A DNA stretch of 64,000 bases from Symbiobacterium sp. (GTDB lineage: Bacteria; Bacillota; Sulfobacillia; UBA995; UBA9673): the NCBI GenBank assembly GCA_020725405.1, contig DYFB01000093.1, forward strand, positions 3,183 to 67,182, given 5' to 3'. A program made the position numbers and the translations under genes. The notes under the pieces are model-generated. The model had not been told where the DNA came from, made no database searches, and saw only the letters and a list, made by a program, of their open reading frames with translations. Numbering within the stretch: position 1 is the stretch's first letter; each line of letters begins with the position of its first letter. This document shows, in pieces, positions 1 to 9,195 of this stretch.

Positions 1-1609
1 AGTCTGGCCTTTCAACTACATGTCCTGGGGTCTGGATACGGGCCTCATCCCCGAGAGCGATCCCGGCGAGTGGGACTTCATCTCCACCAACGCGAACGTG
101 ACCCGGGCCCAGATGGCCGCGCTGACCTACAACGCGCTGTTCCTCCACTGCGGGTTCGAGCCGGCCTCGACCCCGGCCCAGTGGGTTGATCCGGCCCATC
201 CGTACTACACCCGGGCCCCCCTCGCCGACGACTTCATGGTCTACGGGCAGCTCCTGTCCTACGACCTGGCGGCGAAAACCGTGACCCTCGCTCCGGGCGG
301 GGCCCTCGACCTCGCCGACCGCCTCATCATCGGCGGCGATAGCCTGGACAGCTTCCTCCTCCGGGACGTGTTTGCGGTTCTCCGGGCGGGCAAGGTCGTC
401 TACATCGGCTCCGAGACCCCCGGCACGACCGTTCGGGGGACGTTCGCCTCCTGGGTCGGGCCGGTGGCCCCCGAGGGATACACCTACATCGAGCTCCAGG
501 GCGGCCAGCGCGTGCGCTACACCGGGGCGACCCTCATCAGCCGGAACAACGAACCGGCCCAGCCGTGCCCGGTGGTCCTCAACGCCGGGTCGAACCTCAC
601 CATCACCGTCGAGAACGGGGTGGCGACCTACGTCCGCTCCTTCTACGAGGACTACCCGAACCTGGTCGTGACCGACGTCGACGTCTTCGCCGCGCCGGCC
701 CCCGGCGGGCACATCGGCAATGTGACCCTTGGTACCAACGGAGGAGCCGTCCTGTTTAAGGTCTACGCCGACACGGTCATCAAGCTGAACGGGCTGCCCT
801 CCAGCCTGGCCGACCTCCGGGATTACGACATCGTCTACGTCGCCTCCATCGCCGAGCTCGGGGTGGGAGCCCTGGAGATAAGCGCGATGCGCGACCAGGT
901 CTCGGGTGAGGTGAAGGAAGCTCCGGCCAAGTCGTGGACGAGCCCGACCGACTACGAAGTCATCGTCACGGTGGAAGTCCGCCCGGGCGTGACCCGGGAC
1001 CTCACGATGGACCCCCTGATCAAGGACTTCGTCTTCGCCCACGCGGGGGTCGGGGAAACCTGGTACTTCTGCCTCAACCGGAGCGGGCTCGCCCGGTACG
1101 CTGACGAGGTGCCCGGGCCGCCGCCGGAAGTGCTGGTGGCCAAGCTGACCCAGTTCCAGGACCGGGCGGCGCCGAACAAGGACATCCTCTCCCTCGACGA
1201 CCACGGAGTCGCCAAGCAGTTCCCGACGACCATCGACCCGGTGCTGGTTAACCCCTACATCGGCTACGTCTGCTTCGTCCTCATCGTGGACGGGGAGGCG
1301 GTCGACTTCGATCCGGTCGACCACATCGACGCCTACTGGCAGGTCCTCAGCGTCGACCGGACGGCGAGGACGATGACCATCCGGATTCTGGGCGGTAGTG
1401 AGGTCAGGTTCATCAACAACCCGAACCTCGCCGTCTACCAGTGGAACAACGCCGTCTCCGGTGGTTGGAAGATCGCCGGGCACATCGGCTGGAGCGGGCT
1501 GTCGGTCGGTGACTGGCTGGTCATCGACGACGAGACCCCGACCGTCTTCGTCCTCCGGATGTGGAACGGTGACCCGGAGCCGGCCGGATCGCCGGGTCCC
1601 GCCTGGTGA
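1..1609 (+). CDS. SLH-domain surface (S-layer-like) protein, paralog A; 5' end lies upstream of the window
   Basis: The reading frame is open from nt 2 (VWPFNYMSWGLDTGLIPE...) and matches the third SLH repeat (VWPMNYLTWAYENGLIDP...TRAQMAFLTYNAL) of the two downstream paralogs. The C-terminal region is colinear with them (VATYV..F.ED motifs). Confidence 0.8.
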   Translation, partial: VWPFNYMSWGLDTGLIPESDPGEWDFISTNANVTRAQMAALTYNALFLHCGFEPASTPAQWVDPAHPYYTRAPLADDFMVYGQLLSYDLAAKTVTLAPGGALDLADRLIIGGDSLDSFLLRDVFAVLRAGKVVYIGSETPGTTVRGTFASWVGPVAPEGYTYIELQGGQRVRYTGATLISRNNEPAQPCPVVLNAGSNLTITVENGVATYVRSFYEDYPNLVVTDVDVFAAPAPGGHIGNVTLGTNGGAVLFKVYADTVIKLNGLPSSLADLRDYDIVYVASIAELGVGALEISAMRDQVSGEVKEAPAKSWTSPTDYEVIVTVEVRPGVTRDLTMDPLIKDFVFAHAGVGETWYFCLNRSGLARYADEVPGPPPEVLVAKLTQFQDRAAPNKDILSLDDHGVAKQFPTTIDPVLVNPYIGYVCFVLIVDGEAVDFDPVDHIDAYWQVLSVDRTARTMTIRILGGSEVRFINNPNLAVYQWNNAVSGGWKIAGHIGWSGLSVGDWLVIDDETPTVFVLRMWNGDPEPAGSPGPAW

Positions 1610-1641
1610 CGCCGGGAGTGTCTTGGAGCGCGGATGGCGGC

Positions 1642-1670
1642 GGGGGGCGGCACCTCGCGGTGCCCCCCCC
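1642..1670 (+). terminator. GC-rich hairpin downstream of paralog A (gggggg-c-ggcacc / tcgc loop / ggtgcc-cccccc); no clear U-tract
   Basis: Inverted repeat read directly from the sequence. It sits 33 nt after the stop codon. Confidence 0.4.
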
Positions 1671-1862
1671 CGCTCCGGGCCGCCGATATGCTGTAGCGCA
1701 TTACTTGGTTGCGCAACTCGCTTAATAGAAACCGGGGGCCCGCTGCCTGGATAGACAGGAAGATGCCGGCCTGGTGTCGATTACCTTAGAACGTAGGTAT
1801 GCTGTACTATACCCACCCCCATAACTGGACGACATCCGGCGCAGGAAAGGAGGTGGTAACGA

Positions 1863-4043
1863 ATGCGCAAGCTTCTAGTCTCCGCACTGGTTCTGGCGAT
1901 GGTCACCTCCTTCGCGGGGATGGCCTTCGCCGCCTCCACGACCAGGCTTCACGTCTTCTCGGACGTGACCAACGAGCAGCAGGCCTACTACCTCAACTTC
2001 CTCGGCTCGCTCGGCTACTTCCGGGGGGATACGGGTCCCGGCGGTCCGGCGCGGCCCAACGACACGCTGACCCGGGCCGAGTTCGCCGTGGTCGTGGTGC
2101 GGATGCTGGGCAAGGAGGGGCTGGCCACGATGATGGCCGGCTTCACGCCGCCCTTCAGCGACGCCGCGACCATCCCGGGCTGGGCGGTCGGAGCCATCAA
2201 CGTCCTGGTGAACCTGGATATCCTCCGGGGTAACCCGGACGGGACGCTCCGTCCGAACGACTCGGTGACGGGGGCCGAGGCCATCGCGATGCTGACGCGG
2301 GCCCTGCAGAACGACAAGGCGGTCTCCGGCGTGTGGCCGATGAACTATCTCACCTGGGCTTACGAGAACGGTCTCATCGACCCGCTCGCCGACATCACCT
2401 CCTGGAAGTTCATCGCCCCGATCGGTCCGATCACGCGGGCCCAGATGGCGTTCCTGACCTACAACGCCCTCTGGATCGAGCGCGGTTGGAACCCGGCCGC
2501 GACGCCGGCGCCTGACTTCACCCTGCCCTCGCTCATCGACTCCATCGCCGCTCGGGGCATCGTGGAGGGCTATGACCTGGCCAACTCCAAGGTGACGATC
2601 GACGGGTTCGCGGTCGACCTCGCCTCGGTGGTCACCCTCTACGGCGGGGCCAACCTCGACGCCTTCCTCTATCGCGCGGTGATGGTGGCCTTCGACACGA
2701 CCGACAAGGTGGTCTGGCTCGGCACCGATCCGGGCGCCGTCGTGACCGGGGTCTTCGAGGCCTGGGTTGAGGACACGACGACCACGCCCAGCAAGTGGTA
2801 CATCGAGCTCACCGACGGCCGGAAGGTCCAGTTCGTGCCGGATACCGGCGGAACCGGGACCACCAAGTTCCGGGTGAACGGCGGCGCGCTCCTGACCTAC
2901 AAGGGCGCCGACCCGGGTGGTGTTGAGGACCTTGACGTCGCCAACGCCAGCCTGACGATCGTCCTCGATGACAGCAACGTGGCGACCTACGTCACGGTGT
3001 TCAAGGAGGACTTCGCGGTCTGCTACGTCACGGGCAAGACGACCGAGACCGACCCGGCGACTCCGCTCCTCGGGACGGTGACGCTGGCCGGGGACGTCCC
3101 GGGCACCCTCAACGTGACGACTGCCACGAAGTTCACCGGGGCCGTCGCGAGCTTCGCCGACCTCAAGGCCGGCGACCTCGTCTACGTCGCCTCGGTGGGC
3201 ATGGCCAGGAGCGACGCCTACGCCATCGACACGGTGAAGAACTCGCGCCAGGGCATCATCGACGAGGTCTGGACGGGCTATCCGAGCGGGACCGTGACGG
3301 TCGAGTTCAAGACCGGCTCCCCGGTCGTGCTGTCGGGTGTTGGCGGCGCGACGTACTACGGCGACACGGTGTCCAACGCCAACAAGGACCAGGAGTGGGT
3401 CTTCTGGCTCGATCGTGCCGGCAAGGCCGTTCTCGGTAACCGCGTGGCCGGAGCCGTGGCCCAGTATCCGCTGGTGAAGATCATCGGGTACGAGGACCGG
3501 ACGAAGGACCGCATCACGGTGCAGGACTACACCGGTGCGACCTTCACCTTCACGGTGGGCTCGGGCGACTGGACCTCCCCCGATGCTGGCACCTGTGAGG
3601 TCTTCGACTCGACCTACATCGGTCTGGCCGGTGAGCTTCGCATCGCCGGCCGTGCCGAGGCCGAGAGCAAGACCTCGGGTTCGGACATCGCCATCGGCGA
3701 CGTCATCGGCTGGACGCCCATAACCACGACTAACTACTGGGGCATCTGGGAGATCTACGCCGTCAACACGGCCACCGGCGAGCTGACCATCGGCAACTCC
3801 GGGAGCTACTACTACTTCAAGAACCCGCAGGCGCTCGTCTACGAGTTCGCCTACGGCTCGCCGTACGAGAAGTGCGGCGCGCGTGTCGGGATGGCGGGCC
3901 TCAAGGTGGGCGACATCCTCAGCGTGTTCAAGTTCGATCCGACCGGAGCCGCTGTCGAGGAGCTCTACCTGCTCCTGAAGTTCGTCGACCGCGATAAGGA
4001 CGGCGACATCTGGAACAACGTCGAGCCCTACGTCGCGCCCTAG
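1863..4043 (+). CDS. SLH-domain surface (S-layer-like) protein, paralog B (726 aa)
   Basis: Signal peptide MRKLLVSALVLAMVTSFAGMAFA. Three SLH repeats (FSDVTNEQQAYYLNFLGSLGYFRGD..TRAEFAVVVVRML; FSDAATIPGWAVGAINVLVNLDILRGNPDG; VWPMNYLTWAYENGLID..ITRAQMAFLTYNAL). Strong SD aggaaaggagg 8 nt before the ATG. Confidence 0.85.
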   Translation: MRKLLVSALVLAMVTSFAGMAFAASTTRLHVFSDVTNEQQAYYLNFLGSLGYFRGDTGPGGPARPNDTLTRAEFAVVVVRMLGKEGLATMMAGFTPPFSDAATIPGWAVGAINVLVNLDILRGNPDGTLRPNDSVTGAEAIAMLTRALQNDKAVSGVWPMNYLTWAYENGLIDPLADITSWKFIAPIGPITRAQMAFLTYNALWIERGWNPAATPAPDFTLPSLIDSIAARGIVEGYDLANSKVTIDGFAVDLASVVTLYGGANLDAFLYRAVMVAFDTTDKVVWLGTDPGAVVTGVFEAWVEDTTTTPSKWYIELTDGRKVQFVPDTGGTGTTKFRVNGGALLTYKGADPGGVEDLDVANASLTIVLDDSNVATYVTVFKEDFAVCYVTGKTTETDPATPLLGTVTLAGDVPGTLNVTTATKFTGAVASFADLKAGDLVYVASVGMARSDAYAIDTVKNSRQGIIDEVWTGYPSGTVTVEFKTGSPVVLSGVGGATYYGDTVSNANKDQEWVFWLDRAGKAVLGNRVAGAVAQYPLVKIIGYEDRTKDRITVQDYTGATFTFTVGSGDWTSPDAGTCEVFDSTYIGLAGELRIAGRAEAESKTSGSDIAIGDVIGWTPITTTNYWGIWEIYAVNTATGELTIGNSGSYYYFKNPQALVYEFAYGSPYEKCGARVGMAGLKVGDILSVFKFDPTGAAVEELYLLLKFVDRDKDGDIWNNVEPYVAP

Positions 4044-4072
4044 TCGCCCGTGGTAGTGGCGCAGCTAAGAAC

Positions 4073-4103
4073 GCGAGGAGGCACCCCCCGGGTGCCTCCT
4101 CGC
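4073..4103 (+). terminator. Perfect 13-bp GC-rich hairpin (gcgaggaggcacc / ccccg / ggtgcctcctcgc) after paralog B
   Basis: Perfect inverted repeat 30 nt after the stop. Weak T-run (tgcttga) follows. Confidence 0.5.
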
Positions 4104-4320
4104 TGCTTGACCAGGCCGGCATCAGCGTTGCGGGCCAGGGAAGCCCTCAGGGGCCGACGGCTGTTCGGCCGGGCGACGGTCCCCGCTTCACCTGCAGGTC
4201 TGCGCAACCGGCTAAGGAGTTCCCCTCCCGTCTCAGGTAGAATCTAGGAACTCCCTCCGTAGACTGGCTGTGAAGCCCTCCCCCGCGGGGAGGAACAACC
4301 AGTTGAAGGAGGTGAAAAGA

Positions 4321-6531
4321 GTGCGCAAGCTAGCGCTGGCCCTCGCCTTGACTATCGCCCTCGCGGCGGCGGCCCCGGCCATGGCCGCGACGAGTGTCCG
4401 GACCAACGTCTTCTCCGATGTCCCCAACGCGGAGCAGGCCTTCTATCTCAACTTCCTCGGGTCCCTCGGCTACTTCCGGGGGGATACCGGACCCGGGGGG
4501 CCGGCCCGCCCCGGTGACACCATCACCCGGGCCGAGTACGCCGTCGTGGTCGTCCGGATGCTCGGCAAGGAGGGCCTGGCCAACCTGCTCGTCGGGTTCA
4601 CCCCGCCCTTCGCCGACGCGGCGGCCATCCCGTCCTGGGCCCTCGGGGCGGTGAACGCCCTCGTCAACCTCGATGTTCTCCGCGGCGGGACGGACGGGCT
4701 TCTCCGCCCGAACAGCCCGGTCACCGGGGCCGAGGCCGTGGCCATGCTCACGCGGGCTCTGCAGAACGACAAGGCCGTGACCGGGGTCTGGCCGATGAAC
4801 TACCTCGCCTGGGCCTTCGACAACGGGCTCATCGACCCGCTTGCCGACGTGACCTCGTGGAAGCTCGTCATGGCCGACGTTCCCATCACGCGGGCCCAGA
4901 TGGCCTTCCTCACCTACAACGCCCTGTTCATTCCGAGGGCCTGGAATCCGAACCTGAAGCCGCCAGACTTCACCCTGCCCTCGCTGGCCGCGGCCTTCGC
5001 CGACACGGACATCCTGACCTCGCACAGCCTGGCCACGTCCAAGGCCACTTTCGCCGGGTACGAGGACCTCGTCGATCTCGCTCCGGTCGTCACCCTTTAC
5101 GGAGGGGCGACCCTCGACGCCTTCCTCTACCGCTCGGTGCGCCTCGCCTTCCGGGACGGGCGGGTCGTCTGGCTCGGGGCCGACCCCGGGGCGGTCGTCA
5201 TCGGGGTCTTCAAGGCCTGGCTCAGGGACCAGGCCACGGGCAAGTGGTACATCGTCCTATCCGATGACCGCAAGGTGGAGTTCGTTCCCCAGACCGGCGG
5301 CACCACCCGCTTCCGGGTCAACGGGGGCGAGCCGCTGACCTACGGCCCCGGCGGCGGCGTGCAGGAGCTCGACCTCGCCGGGGCGAGCCTGACCATCGTC
5401 CTTGACAACCGGAACGTGGCGACCTACGTCACCGCCTTCAAGGAGGATCTCGCCGTCTGCTACGTCAACGGGTCGCCGGTGCCGGATACGGTGGCGACCG
5501 ACGACGTCGTCGGTCGTCTCAACCTGGCCGGAGACCGGACGGCGACCGGTCTCGTCGTCACCACTTCCACCATCTTGACCGGAGCCGCGACCGGCTTCGC
5601 CGGCCTTGCCGACGGGGACCTCGTCTACGTCGCCTCGGTGGGCATGGCCGGGACCGAAGCCTACGCCATCGACGTCGTCAAGGTCACCCGGCGCGGGGTC
5701 ATCGACGAGGTGACGACCACCTATCCGGGGGAGACACGGACCGTCGAGTTCACCTCGGGGTCCCCGGTCGTCCTGGCCGGCCCCGGCGGCGCGGGCTACT
5801 GGGGTGACCCGGTCTCCAACGCCAACAAGGACGAGGAGTGGACCTTCCGCCTCGACCGCTCCGGGAAGGCCCGGCTCGGCCAGAGGGTCGCCGGGCCCCT
5901 CCCCCAGTACCCGCTGGTGAAGATCGTCGGGTGGCAGGACCGGACCAAGGACCGCATCACCGTCGAGGACCACGCCGGGAACACGTTCACCCTGAACGTG
6001 GGCAAGGGCTCGTGGGTCGGAAGCTCCGTCCACGAGTGCTACATCTTCAGCCGGGACGACATCGGCACCGCCGGAGAGCTCCTCGTCGCCGGCAGCGCCG
6101 AGGCCAGGAACAAGACCTCGGGCTCGGATATCGAGGTCGGCGACGTCATCGGCTTCAGGCCCTTCACTCTGTCCGACGACCGTCGCTGGCCGCCGAGCGC
6201 GTTCGTCTTCGAAATCTATCACATCAATACGGCCACCGGGGAAATGACCCTGGGCAGCGGCAGGTACTTCCAGTACCTCGTCAACCCCCGCCCGCTCGTC
6301 TACCGGTTCACCTACGACGAGGAATACGTCGGGGACGGCTGGCTCTGGCCGCTCGCCGACCTCGTGGGTCTCGGGGGCCTGAAGGCGGGCGACACGGTTG
6401 GCGCCGTCCTTTTCGACCCGACCGGACCGGCTCCCGAGCTGTACTACCTCTTCCTCCTCTTCTGGGACAACGACAGTCCACCGGACGGACTGGGTGAGGA
6501 CGACGTCGTGTGGCCCGACCGGGACGACTAG
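4321..6531 (+). CDS. SLH-domain surface (S-layer-like) protein, paralog C (about 736 aa)
   Basis: I placed the start at the GTG 7 nt after SD gaaggagg (VRKLALALALTIALAAAAPAMA). This aligns with paralog B MRKLLVSALV. The ORF-track start at 4270 lacks an SD. Three SLH repeats. The 5' region has about 85% DNA identity with paralog B. Confidence 0.85.
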   Translation: MRKLALALALTIALAAAAPAMAATSVRTNVFSDVPNAEQAFYLNFLGSLGYFRGDTGPGGPARPGDTITRAEYAVVVVRMLGKEGLANLLVGFTPPFADAAAIPSWALGAVNALVNLDVLRGGTDGLLRPNSPVTGAEAVAMLTRALQNDKAVTGVWPMNYLAWAFDNGLIDPLADVTSWKLVMADVPITRAQMAFLTYNALFIPRAWNPNLKPPDFTLPSLAAAFADTDILTSHSLATSKATFAGYEDLVDLAPVVTLYGGATLDAFLYRSVRLAFRDGRVVWLGADPGAVVIGVFKAWLRDQATGKWYIVLSDDRKVEFVPQTGGTTRFRVNGGEPLTYGPGGGVQELDLAGASLTIVLDNRNVATYVTAFKEDLAVCYVNGSPVPDTVATDDVVGRLNLAGDRTATGLVVTTSTILTGAATGFAGLADGDLVYVASVGMAGTEAYAIDVVKVTRRGVIDEVTTTYPGETRTVEFTSGSPVVLAGPGGAGYWGDPVSNANKDEEWTFRLDRSGKARLGQRVAGPLPQYPLVKIVGWQDRTKDRITVEDHAGNTFTLNVGKGSWVGSSVHECYIFSRDDIGTAGELLVAGSAEARNKTSGSDIEVGDVIGFRPFTLSDDRRWPPSAFVFEIYHINTATGEMTLGSGRYFQYLVNPRPLVYRFTYDEEYVGDGWLWPLADLVGLGGLKAGDTVGAVLFDPTGPAPELYYLFLLFWDNDSPPDGLGEDDVVWPDRDD

Positions 6532-6557
6532 AACGCCGGACGGGCCAGGAGGAGAGC

Positions 6558-6587
6558 GGCGGGAGGCACCTCCGCGCGCCTCCCGCC
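6558..6587 (+). terminator. GC-rich hairpin (ggcgggaggc / 10-nt loop / gcctcccgcc) after paralog C
   Basis: Perfect 10-bp inverted repeat 27 nt after the stop. Confidence 0.4.
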
Positions 6588-6709
6588 GTTCTCGCTCCGG
6601 CCGGCCCCCCCAATCTCTTCCGCCCGCCCGGGCGACATAACCCGGCAGGAGGCGCGCTCGCCGGGGCGAAAGAAGCTCAGTTACTAAGAGCTTCCGATCG
6701 ACCCTGGAG

Positions 6710-9139
6710 GTGTCTATTCTGCCATCCCGGAAGACAGCGGTCGGGGACGGCCTGCGGGCCGCGGCCGCTCTGCTCGTCGTCCTGCTCGTTCTCTGGCCTC
6801 TTTTCGCCCTGGGGCTCTACGACCCCGTGCCCCAGTTCTTCGCCTTCTGGCATGCCGCTCTAGTCCTCGGGCTGGTTTTCATCCTCGCCCTGAGGGAGGA
6901 CCGACCCTTCGTGCTGACCGGCCCCCGGGCGGCCGTGGCGGCCCTCTGGCTCGTTTACGTTCTTTCCACCTTCGTGGCCTCGGTCCCCCGGGCCGCGGTG
7001 CAGGAGGTCATCAAGTACGGCCTGTACGGGGTCGTCTTCCTCTCGGTCTCCGAGCTCGTGCGCTCGACCACGCGGGCGGACGACCTCGCTCCTGAGCCCG
7101 CCTCCGCCCTGCGCCGGCTGGTTTCCCCGCCGGGGCTGGTCCTCGGGGTCTGGGGCGCCGCCGTCATCCTTTCCGTGGCCAGTCTTCTCGCGGCCAGCGG
7201 GGTTCTGCCCTTCGACGTCGTCCGGGCCGGGCGTCTCTACACCTTTCTCCAGTACCCGAACTCGGCCGGCTCGCTGGTCGGGGCCGCCTTCCTGACCGGG
7301 CTCGGCCTCAGGCGGGTCTGGAACGGCCGGGGCCGGGTCGTCGACGCCCTGCTCGCCGCGGGTCAGTGGGCCCTTCTTGTCGTCTTCCTCCTCACGGCCT
7401 CCCGCGGGGCCTGGCTGGTCATGCCCGTGGCCCTGGTCGTGACTTTCTTCCTCTGGCCGCCGGGACGCCGGCTGGCCGCGGTCGGCGACATGGCCGCGAC
7501 GGGCCTCGTGGCCGTCGCGGCCGCGCCTCTTCTCTCCGGAGCCTTCGGCCGGCCGCTCGCCGGCGTCGCGCTCGTCCTCGGCGGCCTGGGCGTGGCCGTC
7601 GCCGCCGGCTGGGTGGCCCGCCGCTTCGCGGCCCTCCCCGCCCGGCGCCAGGCGGCGGTCGTCCTGGGAGTGCTCGTCCTCGTCGGCGGCCTCGGGGCGG
7701 GTCTCCTCGCCACCGGGAACCTGCCGGCGGTCCTGGCCGAGCGGCTGACAAACCTCGACCTTTCCCAGCGGTCGGCCTGGGAGCGGCTGGTCTGGGCAAA
7801 GGACGCGTTCGAGATAGTCAAGGACCACCCCCTCCTCGGCGTCGGGGGCGGGGGCTGGGGCTCGCGCTACTACCAGTACCAGAGCTACGGCTACTTCACC
7901 CGGGAGATACACAACGACTTCATGGACATCTGGGTCGAGACGGGGACGGTCGGGCTCGCCGCTTTCCTCGCCCTCATCGGCGCGTCGGCCTACGTGACCT
8001 GGCGGCTGGCCAGGGCGCGACGTGGGCCGGACCCGGAGGGGTCCGCTCTGGTGGCCGCCCTCGGCGGGGCCTGGGTCATGCTCGTCGTCCACAGCGCTCT
8101 CGACTTCAACCTCGCTCTCGGCTGCGTCGGCATCTACCTCTGGGCCACGTTCGGCACGGTCGACGGCCTGTGGGCGGCCGAGGTCTCCCCCGAGGCCCCC
8201 AGGAGCCGGCCGGCCAGGCGCCGGCGCGGCGCCGACCGTTCCGAGGTAGCGGCGGCCGTCCTCTGGCCGCGCCTGGGCGTGACCATCGTCGTCGCCGCCC
8301 TGGCCCTCCTCTCTCTCAGCCTCTATGGCGGCGCCGCGGCCCGGAGCCAAGCCGGCCGGCTGTTTATGGAGCTTAAGCTGGAGGCCAGCTACGCGGCGTT
8401 CGAGCGGGCGACGAACCTGGACCCCTGGTCGCCCCAGCTCCGGATGGACCGGGCCAGCGCCAGTGAGAAGATGTTCAACGCCACCGGCGATTACGTCTTC
8501 ATCCAGGATGCCCGGAGCCAGATGGAGGCGGCCATCCGCCTCGACCGGTACCACCCGAACCATCACGCTCTCTACGGCTCCTTCGCCCTCCGCTACGGGG
8601 GGATAGAGGTGGCCGTGCAGGCCCTGGAGGAGTCCCTGAGACTCCATCCTTTCGAGCCTAAGCGCTACGAGCAGGTGGCCGAGGTCCACTTCCTGCTCGG
8701 CCGGCACTACCTCACCGGCGGCCAGCGCGACCTCGCTCGCCGCCACCTGGAGCAGTCGGTCGCGGTTCTCGACCGCCTTGCGGCGCAGGCGGCGAAGGTC
8801 CCGGATTATGTCCCCGACCTCCTGAGGCTCCCGGCCCTGACGCCGACCGTGGCCCTCCACACCGGTCAGTCCCTCTCCCTTCTCGGCCGGTGGGACGAGG
8901 CCGCGGACCTCCTGCGCTTCGCCCATGAGACCCAGCTCATGCGCCAGGCCCGCGAGACCGAGGAGTCGGTCCGGGTCAGGAAGATGGAGGCGGCGCTGTG
9001 GCTCGGCCTCGTGGAGGAACGCCGCGGGAACGACGAGGAGGCCCGGACCTACCTGGCCGAGGCCCGGGAGGCCCTCCCCCTGATGGGGGTCATCGTCGAC
9101 CAGCTCCGCCCGCTTCTGGGCCAGGCCGGGACCCCTTAG
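6710..9139 (+). CDS. O-antigen ligase / Wzy_C-family polytopic membrane protein fused to a C-terminal TPR-like domain (candidate O-oligosaccharyltransferase or polymerase)
   Basis: Many TM helices. Wzy_C hallmarks FLTASRGAWLVMPVALV and HNDFMDIWVETGTVGLAAFLALI. The C-terminal ~300 aa are soluble helical repeats (LKLEASYAAFERATNLDPW..., YEQVAEVHFLLGRHY...). Confidence 0.8.
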   Translation: MSILPSRKTAVGDGLRAAAALLVVLLVLWPLFALGLYDPVPQFFAFWHAALVLGLVFILALREDRPFVLTGPRAAVAALWLVYVLSTFVASVPRAAVQEVIKYGLYGVVFLSVSELVRSTTRADDLAPEPASALRRLVSPPGLVLGVWGAAVILSVASLLAASGVLPFDVVRAGRLYTFLQYPNSAGSLVGAAFLTGLGLRRVWNGRGRVVDALLAAGQWALLVVFLLTASRGAWLVMPVALVVTFFLWPPGRRLAAVGDMAATGLVAVAAAPLLSGAFGRPLAGVALVLGGLGVAVAAGWVARRFAALPARRQAAVVLGVLVLVGGLGAGLLATGNLPAVLAERLTNLDLSQRSAWERLVWAKDAFEIVKDHPLLGVGGGGWGSRYYQYQSYGYFTREIHNDFMDIWVETGTVGLAAFLALIGASAYVTWRLARARRGPDPEGSALVAALGGAWVMLVVHSALDFNLALGCVGIYLWATFGTVDGLWAAEVSPEAPRSRPARRRRGADRSEVAAAVLWPRLGVTIVVAALALLSLSLYGGAAARSQAGRLFMELKLEASYAAFERATNLDPWSPQLRMDRASASEKMFNATGDYVFIQDARSQMEAAIRLDRYHPNHHALYGSFALRYGGIEVAVQALEESLRLHPFEPKRYEQVAEVHFLLGRHYLTGGQRDLARRHLEQSVAVLDRLAAQAAKVPDYVPDLLRLPALTPTVALHTGQSLSLLGRWDEAADLLRFAHETQLMRQARETEESVRVRKMEAALWLGLVEERRGNDEEARTYLAEAREALPLMGVIVDQLRPLLGQAGTP

Positions 9140-9195
9140 AGGGCCCGGCAGCGGCGGACCTGAGGTCGGCCGCGTAGGAAGGAGACAGGAGAACC

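Noticed and set aside
7366-8376. 336-aa Arg/Gly/Pro-rich ORF in an alternative frame of the Wzy_C gene (and similar ones at 372..671, 4330..5025, 5257..6222, 39021..39944, 62267..63163).
   Set aside because: Low-complexity translations of GC-rich DNA in the wrong frame. No SD. They overlap confident genes.
6860-8926. 688-aa ORF on the minus strand, antisense to the Wzy_C-TPR gene. Similar long antisense ORFs: 10605..12308, 11995..13464, 26588..28375, 38065..40161, 50326..51690, 51636..53015, 52666..54375, 57351..59468.
   Set aside because: Composition is Arg/Gly/Pro/Asp-rich with no recognisable domains. Each lies fully inside a sense-strand gene with a clear domain signature. Long stop-free antisense frames are expected at about 70% GC.
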